NCBI GenBank assembly: GCA_013298695.1
Contig: JAAFIS010000002.1
Coordinates: 68,935-92,934, forward strand
DNA length: 24,000 nucleotides
Direction of reading: 5' to 3'
Origin: Betaproteobacteria bacterium
GTDB taxonomy: Bacteria > Pseudomonadota > Gammaproteobacteria > Burkholderiales > Casimicrobiaceae
Shown here: positions 1 through 9,132 of the stretch, piece after piece
How the letters are laid out: every line of letters begins with the position of its first letter
Numbering within the stretch: position 1 is the stretch's first letter
Notes under the pieces: model-generated
What the model was told of the DNA's origin: nothing
What the model saw: only the letters and a program-made list of their open reading frames with translations
Database searches by the model: none
Program-made: the position numbers and the translations under genes

Positions 1-127
1 CGAAAGCCATGAAAATAATCATGCCGTTTTTGAACACGTTATCGTTCATCGCACCTAAAAACTGCGTCCAAAAGAATGGCGCGAAGCGGCGTGTTTTAAG
101 TAAGCCGAATTGACTTTCGGATGACAT
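1..127 (-). CDS. MFS-type transporter, N-terminal fragment (LplT/Aas-like lysophospholipid transporter family); gene continues past the window start
   Basis: Too short for the ORF track. A reverse-strand ATG at 127-125 opens MSSESQFGLLKTRRFAPFFWTQFLGAMNDNVFKNGMIIFMAF. This matches the RRFxPFFxTQFLGAxNDNxFKN N-terminal signature I associate with LplT/Aas-type MFS proteins. It starts 14 nt after the stop of the upstream hydroxylase gene. Confidence 0.45.
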   Translation of the reverse strand, partial: MSSESQFGLLKTRRFAPFFWTQFLGAMNDNVFKNGMIIFMAF

Positions 128-141
128 GTGATTCCCTAAAG

Positions 142-882
142 TTATTGCTTGTGAATGTCTTTGAACGTGAGCATATCAAGCACGCGCGCTTCCCGCTTGA
201 GCTCGAAGCCGCAATCGAGCGATACTGTTGCCGGATTGCGATAAGTGCCAAACAGCATGTCCCACACTGGAAGATCCGAATAATTGTTTTGATGCACGCC
301 AAATTCGTGAAGAATGCGATGCATCTCGGGGCGCTGAATAAACCAGCCGACCCAGCGCGGCGTCGAGACGTTCATGTGGACAAAAAACTGTGAGCATGCA
401 ACGCATGCGGTGTGTGCAACAAACGCCTCAACACTTACGCCGAGAATCAAGAAACTCAGAGAAAGATTCAACAACGTATCGAGTGCGACTTCGGTCGGAT
501 GTTTGTAAAACGCCGTGATCGTTTCGATCCGCGACGGACTGTGATGAAACTGGTGTGTTGCGAGCCACCAGAAATCTCTTTCGTGACGCAGACGATGCCA
601 CCAGTAGAAGACAAATGTACTGAGCAAAAAATTTGTGCCGACTTGTACCGCGAGCGCCGATTCCGCTAAGTTGAAGAGAGGTTCCCATTCGAATATCGCA
701 TTCGCGAACCAAGCCGCGACAACAACGAGAAGCACCGTGATGAGTTCGATCACCACAAACAGCTTTGAGCGCCATCCCCAACCACGAACCGCTGGCAGCG
801 GGGTTGCAGGTCGCCGACGTTCTGCGATCAACGCGGCTGCGCCGACGATCCATGCTGAAACCACCATACGAGACCTCGTCAC
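142..882 (-). CDS. Fatty acid hydroxylase / sterol desaturase family membrane protein
   Basis: 246-aa ORF with histidine boxes HRLRHE, HQFHH and a C-terminal MHRILHEFGVH box, plus hydrophobic segments. GTG at 882; an alternative ATG at 867 is preceded by GAGG at good spacing. Confidence 0.8.
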   Translation of the reverse strand: MTRSRMVVSAWIVGAAALIAERRRPATPLPAVRGWGWRSKLFVVIELITVLLVVVAAWFANAIFEWEPLFNLAESALAVQVGTNFLLSTFVFYWWHRLRHERDFWWLATHQFHHSPSRIETITAFYKHPTEVALDTLLNLSLSFLILGVSVEAFVAHTACVACSQFFVHMNVSTPRWVGWFIQRPEMHRILHEFGVHQNNYSDLPVWDMLFGTYRNPATVSLDCGFELKREARVLDMLTFKDIHKQ

Positions 883-984
883 ACAAATTCAATGTGAATG
901 AAGCGTAAGGCAGCCACAAAAAAAGTCCCGCTTTCGCGTACGTTGTATCATCGGCTGATTCAATAAGTACCGCGAGGCGATACC

Positions 985-1719
985 ATGTCTGGCAGCTCAG
1001 AATTAATCGATGTATTAAAACGCGAACTCAAATCGGCGAATTTGACTTACGCTGATCTCGCGAAAAAAATCAAGATGAGCGAATCATCGGTGAAGCGAAT
1101 GTTTTCGCATCGCGAGATGACGCTCTCGCGGATTGATGAAATTTGTCGCGCATTGAAGATTGAATTTGCGGATCTCGCCCGCGACGTAGCCGATTCGCAA
1201 GTGCTCGTGCAAGAGCTAACGCACGATCAAGAGAAGGCACTCACTGACAATAAAACGACGTTGGTCGTGGGCATTTGTTGTTTGAGTCAATGGACGTTTG
1301 AGCAAATCGTATCGACGTACAGAATCAGCGAACCCGAATGCATCAAAGCGCTCACGCAACTTGATCGGATCGGTATCCTCGAATTGAAACCGCTGAATCG
1401 CTATCGCATGAAGCTCGCGAAAACGTTTCGCTGGCGGCCGGAAGGGCCGATCATGCAGTTCTTCCGAAAGAATGTGCTGCCCGACTATTACAGCGGCAGT
1501 TTCGCGGCGCAAGACGAAGCGCTGATGCTCGTGCACGGCAGCGTCGGCAAAGAAGCGGCGCTCAACATTCAAGAGAAATTGCAGCGCCTCGCGCATGAAT
1601 TCGCGCAGCAACATCTTGCCGATCAGCGATTGCCTGCGTCGCAGCGCGAGGGCTACACGCTCGTGCTCGCGATGCGCGAATGGGAATTTCAAGCGTTCAA
1701 AGATTTGCGCAGGAAGTAG
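985..1719 (+). CDS. XRE/Cro-type helix-turn-helix transcriptional regulator with unassigned C-terminal domain
   Basis: N-terminal LTYADLAKKIKMSESSVKRMFSHREMTLSRIDEICRAL is a typical HTH_3-like segment. The gene is divergent from the hydroxylase gene. Confidence 0.7.
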   Translation: MSGSSELIDVLKRELKSANLTYADLAKKIKMSESSVKRMFSHREMTLSRIDEICRALKIEFADLARDVADSQVLVQELTHDQEKALTDNKTTLVVGICCLSQWTFEQIVSTYRISEPECIKALTQLDRIGILELKPLNRYRMKLAKTFRWRPEGPIMQFFRKNVLPDYYSGSFAAQDEALMLVHGSVGKEAALNIQEKLQRLAHEFAQQHLADQRLPASQREGYTLVLAMREWEFQAFKDLRRK

Positions 1720-1765
1720 TTCGCTCGCGTGGCAAGCTATGGTTTTCCCATTCAGCAACACGTTA

Positions 1766-1790
1766 CATCGCCCAATTTAATCGGGCGATG
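1766..1790 (+). terminator. Putative terminator hairpin after the HTH regulator gene
   Basis: catcgccc (1766-1773) pairs with gggcgatg (1783-1790) around a 9-nt loop, followed by the T-rich cgatatttta. The T-run is weak. Confidence 0.35.
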
Positions 1791-1884
1791 CGATATTTTA
1801 GTGCGAGTATTGATTAAATATGATTTGAGTAGTTTCACCCAGACTTATCGGGCCTTAAGCATATTAGCTATATAGGATTTACAA

Positions 1885-2718
1885 TCATTTCACGGCGTTA
1901 GGAAAGAACAATTGTTCTCCGCCGATTTTGTAGCTCGCAATCGTTGATTGACCTTCCGCGCTCACCAGCCAATCGATAAACTTTTGCCCCGCCGCCGCTT
2001 TCACGTGTGAGTGCTTTTGCGGACTGACGAGCATCACACCGTATTGATTGAAAAGTTTCGCGTCACCTTCAACGATGATCTTCAAGTTTTGACGGTTTTT
2101 GAAGGAGAGCCAGGTAGCGCGATCAGCGAGGATGTACGCACTCATCGCGGCTGCCGTGTTGAGCGCAGAGCCCATGCCCGATCCTGTGTCGCGATACCAA
2201 CTCGCTTTTTCACTCGCGGGATCAAGGTTGGCTTGTTTCCAGAAACGAAGTTCAGCAGCGTGCGTGCCGCTCTTGTCGCCGCGTGAGACGAATGCGCTCT
2301 TCGCGTTGTACATTGATTTGAAAGCGGTAGTGATGTCGCGTCCACTTGCTTTCGCCGGATCATCTGCGGGGCCAATCAACACGAAATCGTTGTACATCAC
2401 GGGAATGCGTCGAACGCCGAAGCCATCGGCGACGAATTTTTCTTCTGCGGCTTGATCGTGAACGAACACGACATCTGCGTCACCGCGACGGCCGACGTCT
2501 AGCGCCTGCCCAGTGCCGAGCGCGACGATTTTTACGTCGATGCCCGTCGTTTTTTTGAACTGGGGAAGGATGTGATTGAACAGGCCGGATTGTTCGGTCG
2601 ACGTAGTGGACGCGACGACGATCGAAGCAGTTTGAGCGGACGCCGCACGCAGCGCTGTGGCAACGAAGATCACTAAGAGAAAGTGCAGAAACTTGAGTCG
2701 ATTCATTGCTGGTGTCAT
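1885..2718 (-). CDS. tupA: Tungstate/molybdate-type ABC transporter periplasmic substrate-binding protein (TupA-like)
   Basis: Has a signal peptide. The STTSTEQSGL motif resembles the TTTS...SGL anion-binding signature of TupA-type binding proteins. ATGA overlap with the upstream ATPase gene. Confidence 0.7.
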   Translation of the reverse strand: MTPAMNRLKFLHFLLVIFVATALRAASAQTASIVVASTTSTEQSGLFNHILPQFKKTTGIDVKIVALGTGQALDVGRRGDADVVFVHDQAAEEKFVADGFGVRRIPVMYNDFVLIGPADDPAKASGRDITTAFKSMYNAKSAFVSRGDKSGTHAAELRFWKQANLDPASEKASWYRDTGSGMGSALNTAAAMSAYILADRATWLSFKNRQNLKIIVEGDAKLFNQYGVMLVSPQKHSHVKAAAGQKFIDWLVSAEGQSTIASYKIGGEQLFFPNAVK

Positions 2719-3407
2719 GCTCGCTCTACGTTCAAATATTCAATCGCTTCAATCGATTTTGGGGACGCGAAGAAGTTCTCTCCATTTGCATCTTCGACGA
2801 CTCGACCTTCGTGGAGAAACAAAATGCGGGTAGCAATACGTTTTGCTTGGCCGCGATTATGCGTCGCGAATACGAGTGTTGTTCCGGAATCGCATTGTGC
2901 ACGCAAAATCGACTCCACCGCGTGAACGGCTGCGGGTGCGAGCGATGCGGTGGGCTCATCGGCGAGTAGCAGTCGCGGCGTGAGCGCCCATGCTCGGGCG
3001 AGTGCAAGTTGTTGTTGTTCGCCGCCAGAAAGGGTTCTCGCGTAGCGCTCTGCAAACGTGTCGAGGCCGCAGGCAGCAAGTACGCGACGTGCCGTTTCTT
3101 TGGCCGCAGTTTCAGCCACACCGCGCGCAACCAATGCAAAGGCTACGTTGTCAATCACGCTTCTTTTTAGCAGCACCGGGCGCTGAAAAATCATTGCTTG
3201 CGCTAAGTGCGAGAGCGTTTTCACCTCACCAGAAGTAGGCGCGAGCAAGCCATGGATCACACGCAGCAAGGTTGATTTCCCAGCACCGTTTGCGCCGAGC
3301 AACGCAATTCGTTCTCCAGCGCGCACGGAAACGTTCACATCGCGAAGCAGATCCGCGCCATTGGCGACAACGCTCACGCGTTGGAGTTGAATCAGAACAT
3401 CAGACAT
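2715..3407 (-). CDS. tupC: ABC transporter ATP-binding protein (TupC-like)
   Basis: Walker A GANGAGKST, ABC signature LSGGEQQQ, Walker B LLLADEPT, H-loop FATHN. 230 aa. Overlaps the permease gene by 8 nt. Confidence 0.8.
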   Translation of the reverse strand: MSDVLIQLQRVSVVANGADLLRDVNVSVRAGERIALLGANGAGKSTLLRVIHGLLAPTSGEVKTLSHLAQAMIFQRPVLLKRSVIDNVAFALVARGVAETAAKETARRVLAACGLDTFAERYARTLSGGEQQQLALARAWALTPRLLLADEPTASLAPAAVHAVESILRAQCDSGTTLVFATHNRGQAKRIATRILFLHEGRVVEDANGENFFASPKSIEAIEYLNVERA

Positions 3408-4104
3408 AGCGTCGCTTTAAATACGCGTTGGCGAGCTGTGCAGCGCCGCTAACGATGAGTACGATCGAAAGCAAAATGATGCCGAGCGCGAGCGCGAGCG
3501 CGAGCTCGCCTTTCGAAGTTTCAAGCGCAATCGAAGTGGTCATCACGCGCGTGTGACCGGCGATATTGCCGCCGACCATCATCACGGCGCCCACTTCCGC
3601 AATGGCGCGACCAAAGCCCGCCAGGAGGAGCACGAGCAGCGAGAAACGCGTTTCAAAGAGCAAAGTCTTCGTGCGCTGCGTGCGTGTGAGTGCGAGCGAC
3701 GTGAAGAGATCACGATACTCCGCGTTTGCGTCTTCCAGCGTTTGGCGCGCGAGGGCAGCGATGATTGGCGCAATGAGAATCGTTTGCGCGAAGATCATGC
3801 CGCTCGGTGTAAAGAGCCAACCGAGCGCGCCGAGCGGACCGCTGCGTGAGAGCAACAAGTACACGACGAGTCCGACGATCACCGGAGGCAGGGCCATCGC
3901 GGCGTTCAACAGCAAAATAATCGGTTCGCGCGCTCGCGACCGAGTTTGCGCAACCCATGCGGCGAGCGGCAATGCAATTGCGATTGCGATCAAGGTCGCT
4001 GTTCCACTCACGCGCAACGAGAGTAGAGCGATTTCAGTAAGCGTTGCGTCACTGCGCACGATCATGTCAAGCGCGGCGGAGAATGCGTCTGCAATCACGC
4101 TCAC
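3400..4104 (-). CDS. tupB: ABC transporter permease (TupB-like)
   Basis: 234-aa polytopic protein. The VGGNIAGHTRVMTTSIALETSKGELALALALG segment is characteristic of TupB-family permeases. Confidence 0.75.
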   Translation of the reverse strand: MSVIADAFSAALDMIVRSDATLTEIALLSLRVSGTATLIAIAIALPLAAWVAQTRSRAREPIILLLNAAMALPPVIVGLVVYLLLSRSGPLGALGWLFTPSGMIFAQTILIAPIIAALARQTLEDANAEYRDLFTSLALTRTQRTKTLLFETRFSLLVLLLAGFGRAIAEVGAVMMVGGNIAGHTRVMTTSIALETSKGELALALALGIILLSIVLIVSGAAQLANAYLKRRYV

Positions 4105-4991
4105 TGGGTTGCGCCGCCGTTACTGCTTGCGCTGGGTTCAGCGATAGGTTTTGTACGACTGTTTCTAGTCTTGCCTTTGCTCGATTTGCCACCAAACGGC
4201 CAATGCAGATTTTTGCCGAAGCCCTCCGCAACCAGCGCGGCACCGTAGAGCACCAACGCCCACAACACAAACGCACTCACCATGAGCACAGGAATGGCGA
4301 CGAATGCGCCGTAGAGTGATTTGAGTTGCTGCATCGTCGCGAAATGATGCGTGATCACCCAGCGCGCAAACTCGATTAAGGCCGCCACGAGCAGCGCTGC
4401 GCTCAGCGGGCTTCGCCACGAGGCGACTTGGCGCGGCACCCATTTGTAGATCAGCGTGAGCGCGGCAACGAGCGGAACACCGATGGCGAACGGATCGAAC
4501 GCAGTGTCGAAAAAACTTCGCGCGCTCGGGAACAAATTCATTAAAAATTTCTCAACGAAACGAATCACACCAAACAGCACAGCAACGACCGTCGGCACAA
4601 TGATCAGCAACACGCCCGCACCGTTCAAAAATCCCCACCACCGTCGGCGACCGCCGCTCCACAAGCGATCCACAGCGGTGGTTAACGCAAGCGCTTTTAG
4701 CACCAGATCACCCGCAAAAATAGCGACGCCCAAGATGCCCAACCCGCGCGCGTTTGAACGAAGTTTGTCCACGACGCCAACCACTTGTTTCGCAGCATCA
4801 GGAATCAAATTCGAAAACAAAAAATCGCGAAACGCCGCATCGGCGGTGCGAATGATCGTGCTCTGTTGCGAAAACCAAAACAGCACACCCAACACGGGCA
4901 ACAATGCAAGCAGCGACAAAAACGCAAGATAGCCGGAAAACACCATGCCATCGCCGCGAAAAAAGCGAACAAGCGCACGCCAGAGCGTCAC
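4101..4991 (-). CDS. YihY/BrkB (virulence factor BrkB) family membrane protein
   Basis: The N-terminus FFRGDGMVFSGYLAFLSLLALLPVL and a multi-TM body are typical of the YihY family. GTG start preceded by GGAG at 6-nt spacing. 4-nt overlap with tupB. Confidence 0.75.
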   Translation of the reverse strand: MTLWRALVRFFRGDGMVFSGYLAFLSLLALLPVLGVLFWFSQQSTIIRTADAAFRDFLFSNLIPDAAKQVVGVVDKLRSNARGLGILGVAIFAGDLVLKALALTTAVDRLWSGGRRRWWGFLNGAGVLLIIVPTVVAVLFGVIRFVEKFLMNLFPSARSFFDTAFDPFAIGVPLVAALTLIYKWVPRQVASWRSPLSAALLVAALIEFARWVITHHFATMQQLKSLYGAFVAIPVLMVSAFVLWALVLYGAALVAEGFGKNLHWPFGGKSSKGKTRNSRTKPIAEPSASSNGGATQ

Positions 4992-5214
4992 GTGATGCTC
5001 CGCTTTTCTCCGCTACCGACCCCGTGTTTACCAACCATAAATTGATATCAGCTTTATTTCCCATCGACCAACGCTATTGGGCGATCATCTCAATTTTATT
5101 AATTTTCGAAAAAGTAGTTAATCTTCGACACCGCCCACATAGATTGGACATTCATCTTATAAGTGAATATCGACTTCCATGAGACTCAAGCAGCAAAAAC
5201 GATTTGCGTAGCGA

Positions 5215-5292
5215 GCAGACGGCAGGCGAGGCGCGAGGCGACGACGTGTGCTGTTGCACACGAGAAGCCTCGCAACGAAGCATCCCGTCTGC
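5215..5292 (-). terminator. Long imperfect hairpin just downstream of the SDR stop codon (terminator or REP-like)
   Basis: gcagacgg (5215-5222) pairs with ccgtctgc (5285-5292). Inner pairs are gcgaggc/gcctcgc and gtgtgc/gcacac. On the minus strand a TTTTT run (5199-5195) follows 15 nt after the stem. Confidence 0.25.
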
Positions 5293-5303
5293 GCAGTACG
5301 AAA

Positions 5304-6080
5304 TCAAACATGTTCGCCGCCGTTGACGTGGATTTCGGCCCCGTTGACATAGCTACTCTGCGACGTACACAAAAAATAAATCAACTGCGCAACCTCGCTC
5401 GGTTTACCGAGTCTCTTCATCGGAATTTCTTTTTCAACCAATGCATCGGTGCCCGGAGACAGAATCGACGTGTCGATTTCTCCTGGCGCAATCGCATTGC
5501 AGCGCACGCCGTGCGGCCCGAAATCATGCGCCATCTCGCGAGTCAGTGCGGCGAGCGCGGCCTTGGATGTCGCGTAAGCCACGCCCGCGAACGGATGCAC
5601 TTTGCCGCCTGCGATCGAAGTGACGTTCACCACCGAGCCTTGCGCGACTTTGAGTTCATCAAACAATCCGCGCGCGAGCAAGGCAGTCGCAAACAAATTC
5701 ACATTGAAAACGTTTTGCCAGATCGCGATATCGGTATCAAGTACCCCCATCCGCGGTTTACCGTTCGCTTCAACGAGCTTCGCGCCGGTGAGTTTCGGCG
5801 AAATGCCCGCGTTGTTGACGAGCGCGGCGAGTTTGCCGCCGCTTTCGGGCTCAGCAAGTTTTGCTTTAACCCGAGCGATCACGTCATCGAAATGACTCAT
5901 CTCATTCAAATCGAGTTGAATGTGATCTTTCTCGCCTTGGGGCCACGGACAAATCTTGTCGAAAGGTTGCCGCGACACGGTGATTACGCGCCACTCTGCC
6001 GCGTGAAAATGCTTCACCGTCGCATGCCCGATGCCGCGCGATGCGCCTGTGAGCAAAAGGGTTTTCTTTAAAGTTGCCAT
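5304..6080 (-). CDS. Short-chain dehydrogenase/reductase (SDR) family oxidoreductase
   Basis: TGASRGIG cofactor motif, NNAG motif, and the catalytic YATSKAAL (YxxxK) motif. Confidence 0.9.
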   Translation of the reverse strand: MATLKKTLLLTGASRGIGHATVKHFHAAEWRVITVSRQPFDKICPWPQGEKDHIQLDLNEMSHFDDVIARVKAKLAEPESGGKLAALVNNAGISPKLTGAKLVEANGKPRMGVLDTDIAIWQNVFNVNLFATALLARGLFDELKVAQGSVVNVTSIAGGKVHPFAGVAYATSKAALAALTREMAHDFGPHGVRCNAIAPGEIDTSILSPGTDALVEKEIPMKRLGKPSEVAQLIYFLCTSQSSYVNGAEIHVNGGEHV

Positions 6081-6252
6081 GCGCCTATTCTACGAAGGGC
6101 GAGAGGCGCGGGTGCGTCTCGCCAATACGAGACGAAAAACGGGACGCGCGCCGCCCAAGAAGACGAAGCAGCGGGCGACGAGCGTAGTCCACGCAATCAG
6201 CAGACAACGCAGAGCGCGCCGTGAATGCGCAGGTGCGACGGGTCAATGCTTT

Positions 6253-8580
6253 TTACAACTTCACCTCAAACCGCAGCGCAGCCGACATGTCTGTGCGGCC
6301 ATTCGAAATCGCGAATCGACGCAACCCCTCGGAGAACGAAGTGGCCTCCGTTACCCCATCAATCGGCGCAATGTTCGAAAGCGAAAGACGAACGTTTGTT
6401 CGCGGATTGAAGCGATAAAGCGCATAGGCATCAAACACTCGTTTCGTCGAAATTTTGTTCACGCGGTTTTCGTCGAGCTGAGACGTGTATGCGGGTGTCC
6501 ACGCAAGGTTTCCGCCAAAGCTCCACGGCGTGTTGGTCACGCGATAATCGAATCCGAGATTGCCCGTCGCGTGCGGTTGCGATTCGATCGTGTTGTAGGG
6601 TCCCGGTACGGATTCAACTTTCGAATCGTAGAGATTCATGTTGAAACGCAGCGACAGCGGGATCGTGGTGTCGAAAATCTCGCGCAACTGAAACTTGGTA
6701 TCGAACTCTACGCCCGTCGCGCGCGCTTTACCAATGTTTTGCGGACGCGTGACGTAGCGCGGCTCGGTCGCCCACGCCACGGTCTCAAGCGACGTAATAT
6801 TGCGAATCACGTCTTTGATGTCACGTACGAAAAAATTCACGCTCATCACGCCGCCCGACTTGAAATAGCGCTCAAACGCAACATCGATTCCGTTCGCGCG
6901 TTCGGGCTTCAGCAGCGGATTGCCGACCGAATCCGGTGCGGAAAAGATATTGCTACCCGGAGCCGGATACGACGCGTTGATCGATGGCCGCGTTGTGAGC
7001 TGATCGGTGTTGGGCGCGCGATAGCTTTGCGTCAAACTTAAGCGAACTTGGTCGCGCGAAGGCGGTGAAAAACGCCAAACAACGTGAGCAAGCGGTGTAG
7101 TTACGCGAGAAAGATTCTTGATCGATCCCGTTGCGTCGCCAGCGCGGGTACGAATTTCTTCGTGACGCAAGCCGATATTTGCCGCAAACTGTGGGGAAAT
7201 ATCCCAGTCATCTTGCACATAGAGCGCGAGGCGTTTAGTCGACGTGTCGAAATCGGTGCCGATGTCTCCCAATTGCAATCGACCGTTCACGAGTGTTATG
7301 CCTTCCAAATTACGATCCGCAACTTCGTATTCGTAGCCCGCAGTAATCGCGTGGCCCCGATCGGCGAGATTCGCAATCAGCTTGCCGCTCATGCTCCATG
7401 AAACATCGCGCACGTCGTTGCGAGCGAATTGATTAAGCGTTCGATTATCCAAGACATCAAAAAGATTCGTGATCGTCGTGTTGTTGGACCAGAACCTGCC
7501 TGTGCCTGCGCGCAATTCGTAACGCACAGCGTCGTTGAAGCGTCTGTTCAAGTTTACGTTGACTCGCATCACATCAAAACGACCATCGAAGTTTCCAAGA
7601 CGAGTTGCGTAGGGTTGCGACGGTGCGACTCCGATTGGCTGCTCGAGCGTTGCCGTCGATTCGGATTTCACCGTGTTATGTGCCGCGAACATTTGCAAAC
7701 CGAATTGCTCGCCCTGCCCCAAACGCCATTGCGCGCGCGGACTGAAAAAATAGTTCTGCCGCAGTGCTTTGGTCTCGCTTGCGCCCCGCTGCTCTGTCAC
7801 AAGTTGGTCAGTCGCTTCATCGAAGTAGCGCGTGATTGAGCTGTCGCTCGTGAGCTGATCGGTTCGGTTGAACGAGCCCGTTAGCGTGTAAGTTCCGGTC
7901 TCGGAGAGCAAACCGTTGTAGCTCCACGAGGCATTCGGCGACGCGCGTTCACGCTCAACACTTACGCCGACTTTGACGTCATGATCGGTTTTTCGAAGCG
8001 GTTCGCGCAAGATGATGTTTATGGTCCCTGCGATGGCGCGTGCACCAGTCTCTGCCGTCGGCGCACGAAGAATTTCGATGCGTTCGACTTGATCCGGCGT
8101 GATGTCCTGAACGTTAAACCCGGGTGGAATGCGCTGCCCATCAAGCAGGATTTGTGTGAATCCGCCCCCCATCCCGCGCATTTGCGGCGCACCTGGGCGA
8201 CCGGGGCGACCCCCAGTAGTTACGCCTGGTAGACGACGCATCGCTTCGCCTAGATTGGTGTCGCCATATTGCTCCAACTCTTCGCGCGTGATGATAATTT
8301 TCGCGGCCGACGCGTTACGCCGCTCGTCTGTGGCGGTATTTCGGCCGGTCACATCAACCCGCTCAACGCGATTGGTCCGCTCACCTGCAGTAGGTTTCGG
8401 CTCAGTAGCGTTTGGCTCGGTTTTTGTTTCGCTGCTTTTGTCGCTGCTCTGCGGCTCTGGCGCTGTTGAGGGGGCAGGCGCGGGAGTTGGCGCAGGTGTT
8501 TGAGAAATAGAGAGGGGCGAAATAAGCGAGGCCGCGATCACAAAGCCCAATGATCGTGCGCGGAGAGGAGTCGGAAGCAT
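6253..8580 (-). CDS. TonB-dependent outer-membrane receptor
   Basis: 775 aa. Signal peptide, Pro/Thr-rich linker, plug-domain motifs (DTNLGEAMRRLPGVT, IEILRAPTAETGARAIAGTINII), then a long beta-barrel-like region. The substrate cannot be inferred. Confidence 0.9.
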   Translation of the reverse strand: MLPTPLRARSLGFVIAASLISPLSISQTPAPTPAPAPSTAPEPQSSDKSSETKTEPNATEPKPTAGERTNRVERVDVTGRNTATDERRNASAAKIIITREELEQYGDTNLGEAMRRLPGVTTGGRPGRPGAPQMRGMGGGFTQILLDGQRIPPGFNVQDITPDQVERIEILRAPTAETGARAIAGTINIILREPLRKTDHDVKVGVSVERERASPNASWSYNGLLSETGTYTLTGSFNRTDQLTSDSSITRYFDEATDQLVTEQRGASETKALRQNYFFSPRAQWRLGQGEQFGLQMFAAHNTVKSESTATLEQPIGVAPSQPYATRLGNFDGRFDVMRVNVNLNRRFNDAVRYELRAGTGRFWSNNTTITNLFDVLDNRTLNQFARNDVRDVSWSMSGKLIANLADRGHAITAGYEYEVADRNLEGITLVNGRLQLGDIGTDFDTSTKRLALYVQDDWDISPQFAANIGLRHEEIRTRAGDATGSIKNLSRVTTPLAHVVWRFSPPSRDQVRLSLTQSYRAPNTDQLTTRPSINASYPAPGSNIFSAPDSVGNPLLKPERANGIDVAFERYFKSGGVMSVNFFVRDIKDVIRNITSLETVAWATEPRYVTRPQNIGKARATGVEFDTKFQLREIFDTTIPLSLRFNMNLYDSKVESVPGPYNTIESQPHATGNLGFDYRVTNTPWSFGGNLAWTPAYTSQLDENRVNKISTKRVFDAYALYRFNPRTNVRLSLSNIAPIDGVTEATSFSEGLRRFAISNGRTDMSAALRFEVKL

Positions 8581-8673
8581 TGAATGAAGATCAGTTCTAG
8601 TTGTTTTGGTTCAATAGCGCGCGGGAAATAGTTCCAGCGAAAGCGGTGTCGTTGCAATCGGTAACAATTGAGA

Positions 8674-8898
8674 TCAATCGGGCGCGCCCAAAACCAAAGT
8701 AATCGTGATTGGCGACGTTGTGAAATCGTAGGCACGCTGTATTACTTTGAAAAACACGGGCGGTTCGTCCATCGTCACCCGCATCAAGTCGCCTACTTGC
8801 GGCATCGACATGCCGGGTTCAGCGTTCGTCGAGAAGGTGAACTCGCGCGCAGTAATGAGGCGCTGCGCTGTTGGCGTCAGAGTAATTTTTAGATCCAT
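8674..8898 (-). CDS. Hypothetical 74-aa protein
   Basis: The ORF has non-repetitive, protein-like composition. The overlapping plus-strand ORF is Arg-rich and antisense-like. It lies 93 nt upstream of the TonB-dependent receptor on the same strand. The Shine-Dalgarno is poor and no family is recognised. Confidence 0.4.
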   Translation of the reverse strand: MDLKITLTPTAQRLITAREFTFSTNAEPGMSMPQVGDLMRVTMDEPPVFFKVIQRAYDFTTSPITITLVLGAPD

Positions 8899-8906
8899 GC
8901 CCTAAT

Positions 8907-9119
8907 TGTAGGAGCGGCTCTGCTGCGATCGCTTGCGCTCCTCCCCCTTCAAGGGGAAGTTTGGGAGAGGGATGGGTTTCGGTATCGCTCACACCATGGA
9001 AAACCATCTCGACTCTCGCCGTCTTGCAGACCACGCTCGCGCCTGCATGCGCTCCCCGTTTCGGCGGCGGACCACATGCGATCCGAAACCCCGCCTACAC
9101 CCCCTTGAAGGGGAGGGAG
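8907..9119. repeat. Composite REP/MITE-like element: R1 mini-copy (TGTAGGAGCGG...) fused to a long R2 variant
   Basis: tgtaggagcggctctgctgcgat matches the R1 termini at 17659/17759. Next comes hairpin cctccccc-ttcaa-ggggaag. The arms gggtttcggtatcgc (8974-8988) and gcgatccgaaacccc (9078-9092) enclose about 89 nt. The element ends with ccccttgaaggggaggg. Confidence 0.8.
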
Positions 9120-9132
9120 CGTGTGCAAAGCG

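Noticed and set aside
4992-5214. Possible Moco riboswitch or ModE operator upstream of the yihY-tup operon
   Set aside because: The leader is AT-rich. I could not find the conserved GC-rich Moco-motif helices or a ModE-like palindrome, so there is nothing to support the call.
5163-7041. Long plus-strand ORFs (302 aa and 336 aa) opposite the SDR and TonB-receptor genes
   Set aside because: They are Arg-rich, low-complexity antisense frames typical of GC-rich DNA, and the opposite strand has clear family motifs. The same reasoning applies to 3566-4147, 10000-10533, 12656-13186, 19441-20316 and 20450-21067.
8581-8673. Fur box, cobalamin riboswitch or ECF-sigma promoter upstream of the TonB-dependent receptor
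   Set aside because: There is no GATAATGATAATCATTATC-like sequence and no B12-box. A GGAAC pentamer is present but has no convincing -10 partner and no fecIR-type genes nearby.
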